In this document: positions 7,218 to 15,330 of the stretch, piece after piece
Layout: every line of letters begins with the position of its first letter
How positions within the stretch are numbered: the stretch's first letter is position 1
DNA from: Chitinophaga pinensis
GTDB lineage: Bacteria; Bacteroidota; Bacteroidia; NS11-12g; UBA955
Length of the DNA: 57,322 nt
Reading direction: 5' to 3'
NCBI GenBank assembly: GCA_945865625.1
Contig: CAMBFD010000006.1
Location: 1 to 57,322 of the forward strand
Program-made: the position numbers and the translations under genes
The notes under the pieces: generated by a model
The model's input: the letters and a program-made list of their open reading frames with translations, nothing else
Told to the model about the DNA's origin: nothing
Database searches by the model: none

Positions 7218-9575
7218 ATGAAAACATATAAATTATTCTCTGCATTGGCAATCTTGAGCGTATTTAGCGCCGGAAAGTCTCAAATTCAAACAGATGTATC
7301 TCCAATATTGGCTGCAGACAAAGCTCCAGACAAGAAATTTGAGATCACAGATTGTTTCAACCGTAAATATTACCCAACTACTCCAAAAATGTTTCAATGG
7401 ATTCCGGGAACAGAATATTATACCTTATTAGAAGACAATGTTTTAAACGTATACAACGCAAAAACGAAGACCAAAGCCAATTTTAATATTGGAAGTAAAT
7501 CTGAATTAGTTGATTTGTTTCAGGGATTTATTAAGTTAAATCCTACCGCAACATATAATGATGCAAAAATCTCAGGAATTCCAATGTTCAAATGGTTAAC
7601 TGCAACAGTGCAACCAAATTCAATCAAAATGCCAGCCTATTTCCAAGTAAAAAACGATATTTTTATGTTTATTTTAAATATCGAAGGAGATAAAGTTAGC
7701 CGATACATTGCACATTATGCAACCTTGCCAGAAAATATGGAAGCTCAGGAAATCACTGAATATATTGGCGCAAGAGTAATTGTAGATATCCCAATTAAAA
7801 ATACAGGCTTGAATTTGGCTTATGTAAGCAACAACAATATTTATGTGGATGGTTATTCAGACACCATTAAAATCACTTCTGATGGAGGAAAAGGCATTGT
7901 TTACGGACAATCTGTTCATAGAAATGAGTTTGGCATCTCTAAGGGCTTATTTTGGTCTAAATACGGATCAAAATTGGCATTTTATAGAATGGATGAACGC
8001 AGGGTTACCGACTACCCTCTTTTTTCTATCGCTGAAAGACCCGCTAAGCCTTCTACCATTAAATATCCAATGGCCGGTGATAGCAGCCATACTGTTACAA
8101 TTGGCGTATATAACTTACTTTTAAATAAAACTATTTATTTAAACACTGCAGGTCAATACGATCAATACCTTACAAACGTAACTTGGTCTCCAGATGAAAG
8201 TTCAATTTATGTTGCCATTGTAAACCGCGAACAAAATGAAATGAAATTGAACCAATATTCAGCGGAAGATGGTTCTCTGATCAAAACACTTTTTACGCAC
8301 AAACATCCCAAATACATTGAACCTGAAAATGGACCTTTATTCATTCCAAATTCAAATACCGATTTCATTTGGCAAAGTGAACTTGATGGGTTTAATCACC
8401 TATATTTATATTCTAAGGGACAATTATCTCAAATTACATCAGGAAAATGGGAAATTACAGATATCTATGGATTTGACAAATCGGGTCAATATTTAATCGT
8501 GAATTCAACTAGAAGCAACAAAGCTGAACTGTATACTGAAGAACCAATAAGCCGCTGCCCACTTGCAATTCAGTGGTCGAAACCAAAAAATGCACCGATT
8601 GTTTTATTTCCAAACCTTACTGGCACACACAACATTATTTCAAATTGCGAATCTGGATTTATCGGAAGTTTATTCTCAAATTCAACAACGCCTGGAATGA
8701 CTATATCGCTTAATATCGATGAAAGAATCAAGGAAACAATTTCCCATAAAATAAGTGATAAGTCGGAACAGAGAATATACGTTTCACAAAATCCGATCGA
8801 AGATTTTATTTTAGGTGAGGTTTCACTGTCACAATTGAACCACAATGGCATAACATTGCACACACGTACTTTCTTCCCTCCAAATTTTGACCAAACAAAG
8901 AAATATCCTGTTGTGGTTTATTTATATGGCGGACCGCATGCACAAATGGTAACCAATTCTTGGTTAGGTGGAGGTCAATTATGGATGCATTACATGGCTC
9001 AAAAGGGATATATTGTATTTACTGTTGACAATAGAGGTTCATCTCATAGAGGATTAGAATTTGAAAATGCAACGCATCGTCAATTGGGAACCGTAGAAAT
9101 GGAAGATCAATTGTTTGCATTGAACTATCTCAAGACGCAGCAATATGTAGATTCTAACAGAGTTGGTGTGCACGGATGGAGTTTTGGTGGATTCATGACA
9201 ACCTCATTGATGACAAGAAAACCAGGCGCTTACAAAGTGGGTGTTGCAGGCGGACCGGTAATCGATTGGTCTCTCTATGAAATCATGTACACCGAACGTT
9301 ATATGGATAAGCCTTCTGAAAATCCTGAGGGATATGCTGCCAACAACTTATTAAACCATGCAGGTAATTTAAAAGGCCGTTTGCTCATGATTCACGGTGC
9401 CGACGACGATGTTGTTGTTTGGCAGCACAGTTTAAAGTTTGTACAAAAATCTGTTGGGGCTATAAACACAAACTTAGACTATTACGTTTATCCTGGACAC
9501 AAACACAACGTTGTAGGACCAGACAGAGCGCATTTATATAAAAAGATTACACAATATTTCTTTGATTTTTTATAG
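7218..9575 (+). CDS. S9B dipeptidyl/prolyl tripeptidyl peptidase (DPP IV family), exported
   Basis: Signal peptide from ATG 7218, YPMAG, YGGP, nucleophile GWSFGG, HG..DDVV and HKH. Confidence 0.92.
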   Translation: MKTYKLFSALAILSVFSAGKSQIQTDVSPILAADKAPDKKFEITDCFNRKYYPTTPKMFQWIPGTEYYTLLEDNVLNVYNAKTKTKANFNIGSKSELVDLFQGFIKLNPTATYNDAKISGIPMFKWLTATVQPNSIKMPAYFQVKNDIFMFILNIEGDKVSRYIAHYATLPENMEAQEITEYIGARVIVDIPIKNTGLNLAYVSNNNIYVDGYSDTIKITSDGGKGIVYGQSVHRNEFGISKGLFWSKYGSKLAFYRMDERRVTDYPLFSIAERPAKPSTIKYPMAGDSSHTVTIGVYNLLLNKTIYLNTAGQYDQYLTNVTWSPDESSIYVAIVNREQNEMKLNQYSAEDGSLIKTLFTHKHPKYIEPENGPLFIPNSNTDFIWQSELDGFNHLYLYSKGQLSQITSGKWEITDIYGFDKSGQYLIVNSTRSNKAELYTEEPISRCPLAIQWSKPKNAPIVLFPNLTGTHNIISNCESGFIGSLFSNSTTPGMTISLNIDERIKETISHKISDKSEQRIYVSQNPIEDFILGEVSLSQLNHNGITLHTRTFFPPNFDQTKKYPVVVYLYGGPHAQMVTNSWLGGGQLWMHYMAQKGYIVFTVDNRGSSHRGLEFENATHRQLGTVEMEDQLFALNYLKTQQYVDSNRVGVHGWSFGGFMTTSLMTRKPGAYKVGVAGGPVIDWSLYEIMYTERYMDKPSENPEGYAANNLLNHAGNLKGRLLMIHGADDDVVVWQHSLKFVQKSVGAINTNLDYYVYPGHKHNVVGPDRAHLYKKITQYFFDFL

Positions 9576-9596
9576 CGCTAAACGCCAAAAATAGTT

Positions 9597-9627
9597 AAAG
9601 GACGCAATAAATTGCGTCCTTTTTTTT
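9597..9627 (+). terminator. Rho-independent terminator of the S9 peptidase
   Basis: AAAGGACGCAAT-AA-ATTGCGTCCTTT followed by a T run. Confidence 0.88.
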
Positions 9628-9680
9628 CTTATATTTGTGTAAATCCAAATTTAGGGGGAAAAGGAAAATCTATAAAACAA

Positions 9681-10550
9681 GTGAAGCAGAGAGATTTTAC
9701 AATTGTTGAATGCCCCCGAGATGCCATGCAAGGCATTTCACACTTCATCCCAACTGAAAAGAAGATTGAATATCTAAAAGCATTGTTAAAGTGCAATTTT
9801 GAGGTATTGGATTGTGGGAGTTTTGTAAATCCCGAGTCGGTACCCCAGATGGCAGATACAAATGAAGTAATCAATGCCATTTCTGAGATTGATACACCCA
9901 CAAAGTTATTGGTTATTGTTGCCAATGAGCGTGGCGCATTGAAGGCTGTAATTCATCCTAAGATTAAGTATTTAGGGTACCCATTTTCACTGAGTGAAAC
10001 CTTTCAAAGAAGAAATACAAATTCAACCCAACAAGATTCATTTATACGTCTTGCCAAAATTCAAGAAATTGCAGTTTCATCTGGAAAAGAAGTTGTGGCA
10101 TATATCAGCATGGCTTTTGGCAATCCATACGGCGATGAATACCATGCAGAGTTGGCTATGCAATGGGCCGATAAAATTGGCAGCATTGGCGTTAGAATCA
10201 TTAGTTTAGCCGATACCACAGGATTGGCAAATGTGAACGACATTCAAAAGATATATTCTAATTTAATTCCTCATTTCCCCCATATTGACTTTGGAGCTCA
10301 CTTCCATGCGAAGGCCTTTGATTGGGAAAATAAAATACAAGCTGCATTAGACGCTGGATGCAAACGATTTGATGGTGCTTTATTGGGCTTTGGAGGTTGC
10401 CCATTTGCAAAAGATGATCTCACCGGGAATATTCCGATGGAGCAGTTGATTCCATATTTAAACGAAAACGGTTATATTCAAAAAAAATATGGCATTGATA
10501 GCGAGTTACTTGACTTAGCTTCAACCGTTTTTGCAAAAGGGGAAATTTAG
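9681..10550 (+). CDS. Hydroxymethylglutaryl-CoA lyase
   Basis: ECPRDAMQG, LADT.G, HFH and GGCPFA. GTG 9681 preferred because the ORF-track start lies inside the terminator. TATATTTG promoter at 9630-9637. Confidence 0.92.
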   Translation: MKQRDFTIVECPRDAMQGISHFIPTEKKIEYLKALLKCNFEVLDCGSFVNPESVPQMADTNEVINAISEIDTPTKLLVIVANERGALKAVIHPKIKYLGYPFSLSETFQRRNTNSTQQDSFIRLAKIQEIAVSSGKEVVAYISMAFGNPYGDEYHAELAMQWADKIGSIGVRIISLADTTGLANVNDIQKIYSNLIPHFPHIDFGAHFHAKAFDWENKIQAALDAGCKRFDGALLGFGGCPFAKDDLTGNIPMEQLIPYLNENGYIQKKYGIDSELLDLASTVFAKGEI

Positions 10551-10606
10551 GGTTTAGGGTTTAGAGTTTTGGTTTAACGATTTCATAAACCTTTATAAAC
10601 CCTAAA
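10546..10606. repeat. Inverted heptamer-repeat element, copy B
   Basis: TTTAGGG TTTAGGG TTTAGAG TTTTGG TTTAACG ... ATAAACC TTT ATAAACCC TAAA. Confidence 0.7.
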
Positions 10607-10610
10607 AAAC

Positions 10611-10638
10611 AAAAAAAAAGCCACCAAAAGGCGACTTC
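10611..10638 (-). terminator. Rho-independent terminator (minus strand)
   Basis: Minus strand GAAGTCGCC-TTTT-GGTGGC followed by T9; the stem includes G-U pairs. Confidence 0.82.
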
Positions 10639-10718
10639 GAAATAAATGAACTATATTTTTAGTTGACTAAAAATTACTTTCACTATTTAGGCATAAGATT
10701 AAAATACGCAATAATACT
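10611..10718 (-). ncRNA. Candidate small RNA (~108 nt), or long 3' UTR of the XRE gene
   Basis: GAAATTTG -7-like box at 10730-10723, no ORF longer than a few codons, internal hairpin at 10655-10674, intrinsic terminator. Confidence 0.4.
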
Positions 10719-10764
10719 GCTACAAATTTCAATGGCTAATTGGAATTTTTATTAGTAGTTCTCT

Positions 10765-11082
10765 TTACATAATTTTTTGCAATCTTAATAATTCAATAAT
10801 AATATCCAGCTTTTGAAGCAAGGCATCATTATTTTCTGAAGTTCTAGCTGGAATAATAATGGCAGATGGATTAAAATCTCCATTCTCATTTTCAAAAAGA
10901 TCTCTTGGGTTTACGCCCAATGTCACACAAATTTTTTCCAATGTGTCTACACGCATTGTTTGCTTTTTAAGCATGTAGTGAAACCCTTGTTCACTCAAAT
11001 CGCACAACCTCGCCAATTCTTTAATTGGCATTCTCTTAGAGGCAGCAAGATTTTTGATCTTGTTGTAATCTAACCTACTCAC
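10765..11082 (-). CDS. XRE/Cro-C1 family HTH transcriptional regulator
   Basis: IKELARLCDLSEQGFH...TLEKICVTLGV.PRDLF HTH pattern and a Leu-rich C-terminal helix. GTG start; TATTTTCG -7 box upstream. Confidence 0.82.
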   Translation of the reverse strand: MSRLDYNKIKNLAASKRMPIKELARLCDLSEQGFHYMLKKQTMRVDTLEKICVTLGVNPRDLFENENGDFNPSAIIIPARTSENNDALLQKLDIIIELLRLQKIM

Positions 11083-11388
11083 GTCTTTTTCTGTTTAGTT
11101 TTAGTTTAAGTAATTCCGAAAATACAGAATAACTCAATACTATAAACTTGGTTTAAGTGCATTTATTTTATCTGTTTGAACAAAGTTTCATATAAAATAA
11201 CAAAAACCATTATGAAAATCCGTCTAAATAATTGAATTTCAAATGCTTAATAGATTGCTTGCAGTTTATAATTTGACCTATTTGTGACTCATATTATAGT
11301 AATTCATAATAAATTAAATTAATCTATAATTAAATTATCATTTACATTACAAAAAAAACCTAAAATAATTGATTTTTTTAACAGAACA

Positions 11389-12120
11389 TTAAAATTTCTT
11401 TTTTGACAATAGGTTTGAAATAGGATCTTTATAATTTTTACCAATTGGAACTTCAATATCGCCCTCCAAAATAATGGCATTATTTTGAATTGACTTTATT
11501 TTATCAATGGCAATGATAAAACTTCTGTGAACTCGCACAAAATTAGTTTGTGGTAAACCCGCTTCCATGTTTCTCATTGTTTGCAAGGTTACGATTCGCT
11601 TCGTAGGAGAAATCCATATTTTCACATAATCGGCAAACGCCTCAATATAATATATGTCTTTGAACAATATTTTCTGATGTTCGCCGTCTACTTTTACGTA
11701 AACATAATCTTCAATAGTAGAAGCCACTTCTGTAGCGTCGTTACGGTATTCTATATATTCTTCTAGTCTCTTGATCGCTTTTCCTAATCGGTCGGGGGAA
11801 ATGGGCTTTAAAAGGTAATCTAAGGCCTCATATTCAAACGCATCAGCCGCAAAATTTGGATGAGCCGTTGTGAAAATAACTGCAAATGGTGATGGATATT
11901 GCGATTGAATAAAATCCAATCCCGATTGCCCGGGCATTTGAATGTCGGTAAAAACTACAGCTGGGTTTAACTCTTTCAAAGCAGGCAACGCTTCCGAGGG
12001 GTTATTAAATTTACCAACTATTTCTATTTGAGGAAAACTCATCAAAAGTCCCTCCAAAACATCTAAAGCCAGAGGCTCGTCATCAATTAATACAGTTCTA
12101 ATTTTGTTCATGTTAGTCAT
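11389..12120 (-). CDS. LytTR family response regulator
   Basis: Receiver IDDE, DIQMP, FTTA and DYLLKP; LytTR domain YIEA..DYV and FVRVHRSFI. Confidence 0.95.
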   Translation of the reverse strand: MTNMNKIRTVLIDDEPLALDVLEGLLMSFPQIEIVGKFNNPSEALPALKELNPAVVFTDIQMPGQSGLDFIQSQYPSPFAVIFTTAHPNFAADAFEYEALDYLLKPISPDRLGKAIKRLEEYIEYRNDATEVASTIEDYVYVKVDGEHQKILFKDIYYIEAFADYVKIWISPTKRIVTLQTMRNMEAGLPQTNFVRVHRSFIIAIDKIKSIQNNAIILEGDIEVPIGKNYKDPISNLLSKKKF

Positions 12121-13156
12121 TTATTATTAAATCAACCTGATAAACATTTTCCGATATGCTCGAATTCAATTCATGTTTACCTGGATATGTTAAAGATAAT
12201 CTTTTTTTAATATTCTGCAGCCCTATGCCACCCATTTCTTTACTTTTCTTCGATGGATCGAAAGAATTTTCGATAAGAAAACGAAATCCGTGTTCCAATG
12301 CCACAATATGTATTTTAACAAATCTATCAGCGACCATTACATTTTCGCTATGTTTAAATGCGTTTTCAACCAATGTTAAAAGCAACATAGGCTCAATATT
12401 TTGATCTTTGATATTTTCATCGACATTGACTTCAATGATAACTGCATTCCCCAATCTTAATTTTTCAATTTCAACATAATCTAGGATGTGTTTAATTTCT
12501 TTTAATATAGAAACATGCCCTTGATTACTCTCATAAAGCACATACCTCAAAATATCTGATAAACGAAGCACAACTGTAGGTGCTAAGTCCGATTTTTTTA
12601 AAGTTAACGCGTATAAATTGTTGAGAGAATTGAATAAAAAGTGGGGGTTAATTTGGGCCTTTAAAAATTTAAGTTCGGTTTGCAACTGAATTTGCTGCAA
12701 TTCTTTTTGCGATTTTTGGTCTTTGTACCATTGTTTGGTGAATTTCAAAACCATTGTCATAACCACTGAAAATAAAACACTAAGCGACAAAAAGAAGAGA
12801 AAAGCACTCGACCAAACCAAACTTTGTAAATCTTCATTGCTGATAACCAAATGTGCTACAATTGCCAACGGAAAGCAAATGGAAATGATTGATAAAATTA
12901 AAGTAAACAAATAAGACAAATAACTTTTTGTAAACAAATATCTTGGAACTAAATAATAAAGGTTGAAATACGAAACGAGTGCGTGTAATGAAAGTAAAAT
13001 AACGGAATCTAGGAGTCCATCGAGCCAACTTTCTGCCCAACGAAAAGAAAACGAATAAACAGATGCGTAAACAATCCAAAATAATGCATGATCTAGTTTG
13101 AAATTTAATGCAAACCTTTCAAATTTTGACAAATATAGCGTAGCGCTTTTTTGCAA
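12113..13156 (-). CDS. LytS-type sensor histidine kinase
   Basis: N-terminal TM helices, ELKFLKAQINPHFLFNSLN, LVENAFKH and GIGLQNIKKRL. Confidence 0.94.
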   Translation of the reverse strand: MQKSATLYLSKFERFALNFKLDHALFWIVYASVYSFSFRWAESWLDGLLDSVILLSLHALVSYFNLYYLVPRYLFTKSYLSYLFTLILSIISICFPLAIVAHLVISNEDLQSLVWSSAFLFFLSLSVLFSVVMTMVLKFTKQWYKDQKSQKELQQIQLQTELKFLKAQINPHFLFNSLNNLYALTLKKSDLAPTVVLRLSDILRYVLYESNQGHVSILKEIKHILDYVEIEKLRLGNAVIIEVNVDENIKDQNIEPMLLLTLVENAFKHSENVMVADRFVKIHIVALEHGFRFLIENSFDPSKKSKEMGGIGLQNIKKRLSLTYPGKHELNSSISENVYQVDLIIND

Positions 13157-13167
13157 ATCCAGGGATA

Positions 13168-13389
13168 TTACTTTCCTATGTTTTGGAGTAAATCTAAACC
13201 GAATTCTAAAAATTTAGATGGGCTGATCATCTCAGGACTAGACTGAGTGAATTTTTTCAACAAACCAGAAGGTATTTCTTCAGTTGTATTGTGTAATGAA
13301 AAATAATAACGAGCTGAGGTAAAACCAACGGCATTGATTAAAATCAATGCAGCAATGATATACAGTTTCTTTTTTGCTTTGTTATTCAT
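13168..13389 (-). CDS. Small hypothetical protein with N-terminal TM/signal helix
   Basis: 73 aa, ATG after an A-rich leader, KKK followed by a hydrophobic stretch, 11 bp upstream of the kinase. Confidence 0.7.
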   Translation of the reverse strand: MNNKAKKKLYIIAALILINAVGFTSARYYFSLHNTTEEIPSGLLKKFTQSSPEMISPSKFLEFGLDLLQNIGK

Positions 13390-13408
13390 TTTTTATTTTA
13401 TTAGTTTA

Positions 13409-13425
13409 TTCAAAAAGAATGCCAA
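13409..13425 (-). promoter_or_regulatory. sigma54-like -24/-12 promoter
   Basis: Minus strand TTGGCATTCTTTTTGAA: GG-N10-GA, with correct spacing against TGGCAC-N5-TTGC. Confidence 0.55.
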
Positions 13426-13433
13426 CTTTATGA

Positions 13434-13462
13434 TAGACGTATGAAGGAGTGAAAATGTTTCA
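13434..13462 (-). promoter_or_regulatory. ECF sigma-like promoter
   Basis: Minus strand TGAAAC-N17-CGTCTA matches the AAC/CGT ECF consensus. Confidence 0.55.
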
Positions 13463-13464
13463 AT

Positions 13465-15330
13465 TTATTTTAAAAAATCCACAATTATTTTCGACTGAAT
13501 GCTCAATAGAAGACTGTCGGCCCTATTCCATTGACGTTTGCGCGAAATTGACATTTTGTCAGTTTGCAAGTATCTATATGACAGAGAGTCGAAATATATG
13601 GTTGAACCAGTTAAATTAGATATTGCATTTTTAGGATGTTCAGGTCTAAAAAAGGACCTTGAAAAGACTGCGTTATTATCTGTAGTTTGAAGCACTAAGT
13701 CAACTAAAGATTGATAAATATCGGCTTGAGAAACCACACTTCTATTCACTTTTCCTTGCATTTCCTTTGGTAAACAACGTCCATAAAACAACAAAGGAAT
13801 GTGAAAGAAATTTCGTGAAGCCAGAGCCGTATTCTCCGTATTTAGCTCTTTTCCATGATCGGCGGTCACCACAAATAGCGTATTGTTAAAATGAGGAGAC
13901 GATTGCATTTTACCAATAAACGACTTCAATGCTCTGTCTGTATATCTCATACAAAATGCCATCTTTTCTTTGACCGATTTGCAAGATTTGGGTGCTAAAT
14001 CATAAGGTTCATGTGTGCTTAAAGTTAAAATGGATGCAAAATATGGACCTTGATTCCCAATCAGCTGTTTTGCGGCAAATTGGAGCATCATAGAATCTTG
14101 AATCCCCCACTTTCCTGTAGATTCAGTAAATTGTTTCATTTGGTTCAAGCCATACAAGCTTTTAAAACCGCAAGATTTCAAATAAAATTCCATGTTGGCA
14201 AAGTTCAAATCTCCACCATAAAAAAACTTAGAATCATATCCCTTTGTGTTGAATTGCTTAACCAAAGAAGGTAGCTTATTGAATTTTGAGGGATGATTGA
14301 TCATGTTTTGCCATGACTGTCCTGGCCAAGCACTAAATAAACTAAGCAATCCTTTATCTGTTCTATCGCCAGAGGCAAAAGCTTGCGTAAATGCATATCC
14401 GTTTTTTGCCAGTTCATCTATATATGGCATTTCATTGCCATCATGTCCCTCGAAATAAGAAGACATTTCAGCTGAAAATCCTTCCAAAACAATGAGTACA
14501 ACATTTGGATATTGATTCCAATAAACTAAGTTAAAACGATTGTTTTCTGAATATAAATATGATTTATTTAGGTCAACATTATTGAATTTCCCATTTGTAA
14601 AATGTTCAATTTCTGCCAATCCCCCAGCTTCGGTCAATTGATAGAAAAAATTCCAGCATGAATTTGTAGAAAGCATATTCAATTCTCGTTTTTCCGAAAA
14701 AGATGCATCTGATATAAGCACCGGCATGATGCCAAATCCTCCCCTCACCCCAATAAACAGAAACGCAAAAACAAGAATGCTATTTTTTGTAGAAATCACA
14801 AAAGTTGATTCTATTTTATTTTGAAAAAATCGCAAAAATATTTTTCTGATGACTATAAAAATGAATGCGATACCAATAATTGAAAAAAACCAAAACTGCA
14901 CCGACATTGTATTCAGGACTTCCTTGGGAAATTTCAAATAAAAGAACAGTTGCAAATCGACTTTCCGATTCCAAAAATGAATGAGTTGAATGTCGAGCAA
15001 TGTTAATACAACCACAAACATGGATAAGCCTATCAAAATAAAAAGCGTAACAGATTTAAACATCTTTGATTTGCTGAAATGACAAAGCATTAATAAAACC
15101 AGCGACACAGCTGCAAGATAAGACGACATAGAAACATCTTGCTTAAAGCCATGTAATGCGCCTAATAAGCACTCAAAAGCGCTCAAATGATTCGAAAGTG
15201 CAAAAAAGAAAATTGCAATTCTTGAAAGGAATTGTAAAGATAAAAACCACAGAAAAAGTGAAAGTATAAACGAAAAAAAACCGTTAAATAACGGTTTTTT
15301 TTCTAGAAATATATTTTTAAAATTTATCAA
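13465..15330 (-). CDS. LTA synthase family / sulfatase-like membrane protein
   Basis: N-terminal TM helices, RGG, NVVLIVLEGF, RTDKG, TLSTHEPY, YTD, TADHG and HIPLLF. TTG start overlaps the upstream TGA. Confidence 0.9.
   Translation of the reverse strand: MINFKNIFLEKKPLFNGFFSFILSLFLWFLSLQFLSRIAIFFFALSNHLSAFECLLGALHGFKQDVSMSSYLAAVSLVLLMLCHFSKSKMFKSVTLFILIGLSMFVVVLTLLDIQLIHFWNRKVDLQLFFYLKFPKEVLNTMSVQFWFFSIIGIAFIFIVIRKIFLRFFQNKIESTFVISTKNSILVFAFLFIGVRGGFGIMPVLISDASFSEKRELNMLSTNSCWNFFYQLTEAGGLAEIEHFTNGKFNNVDLNKSYLYSENNRFNLVYWNQYPNVVLIVLEGFSAEMSSYFEGHDGNEMPYIDELAKNGYAFTQAFASGDRTDKGLLSLFSAWPGQSWQNMINHPSKFNKLPSLVKQFNTKGYDSKFFYGGDLNFANMEFYLKSCGFKSLYGLNQMKQFTESTGKWGIQDSMMLQFAAKQLIGNQGPYFASILTLSTHEPYDLAPKSCKSVKEKMAFCMRYTDRALKSFIGKMQSSPHFNNTLFVVTADHGKELNTENTALASRNFFHIPLLFYGRCLPKEMQGKVNRSVVSQADIYQSLVDLVLQTTDNNAVFSRSFFRPEHPKNAISNLTGSTIYFDSLSYRYLQTDKMSISRKRQWNRADSLLLSIQSKIIVDFLK
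15272..15303. terminator. Perfect bidirectional intrinsic terminator-like hairpin
   Basis: GAAAAAAAACCGTTA-AA-TAACGGTTTTTTTTC, about 24 nt past the stop of the NHL/T9SS gene. Confidence 0.8.

Noticed and set aside
10546-10566. TTTAGGG units identical to the plant telomere repeat, suggesting contamination or a G-quadruplex
   Set aside because: Only two exact units, continuous with bacterial genes and part of a degenerate heptamer family; too few G-tracts for a G4.
10765-11388. XRE gene and AT-rich spacer as a prophage or island remnant
   Set aside because: No integrase, att repeats, tRNA or phage genes nearby.
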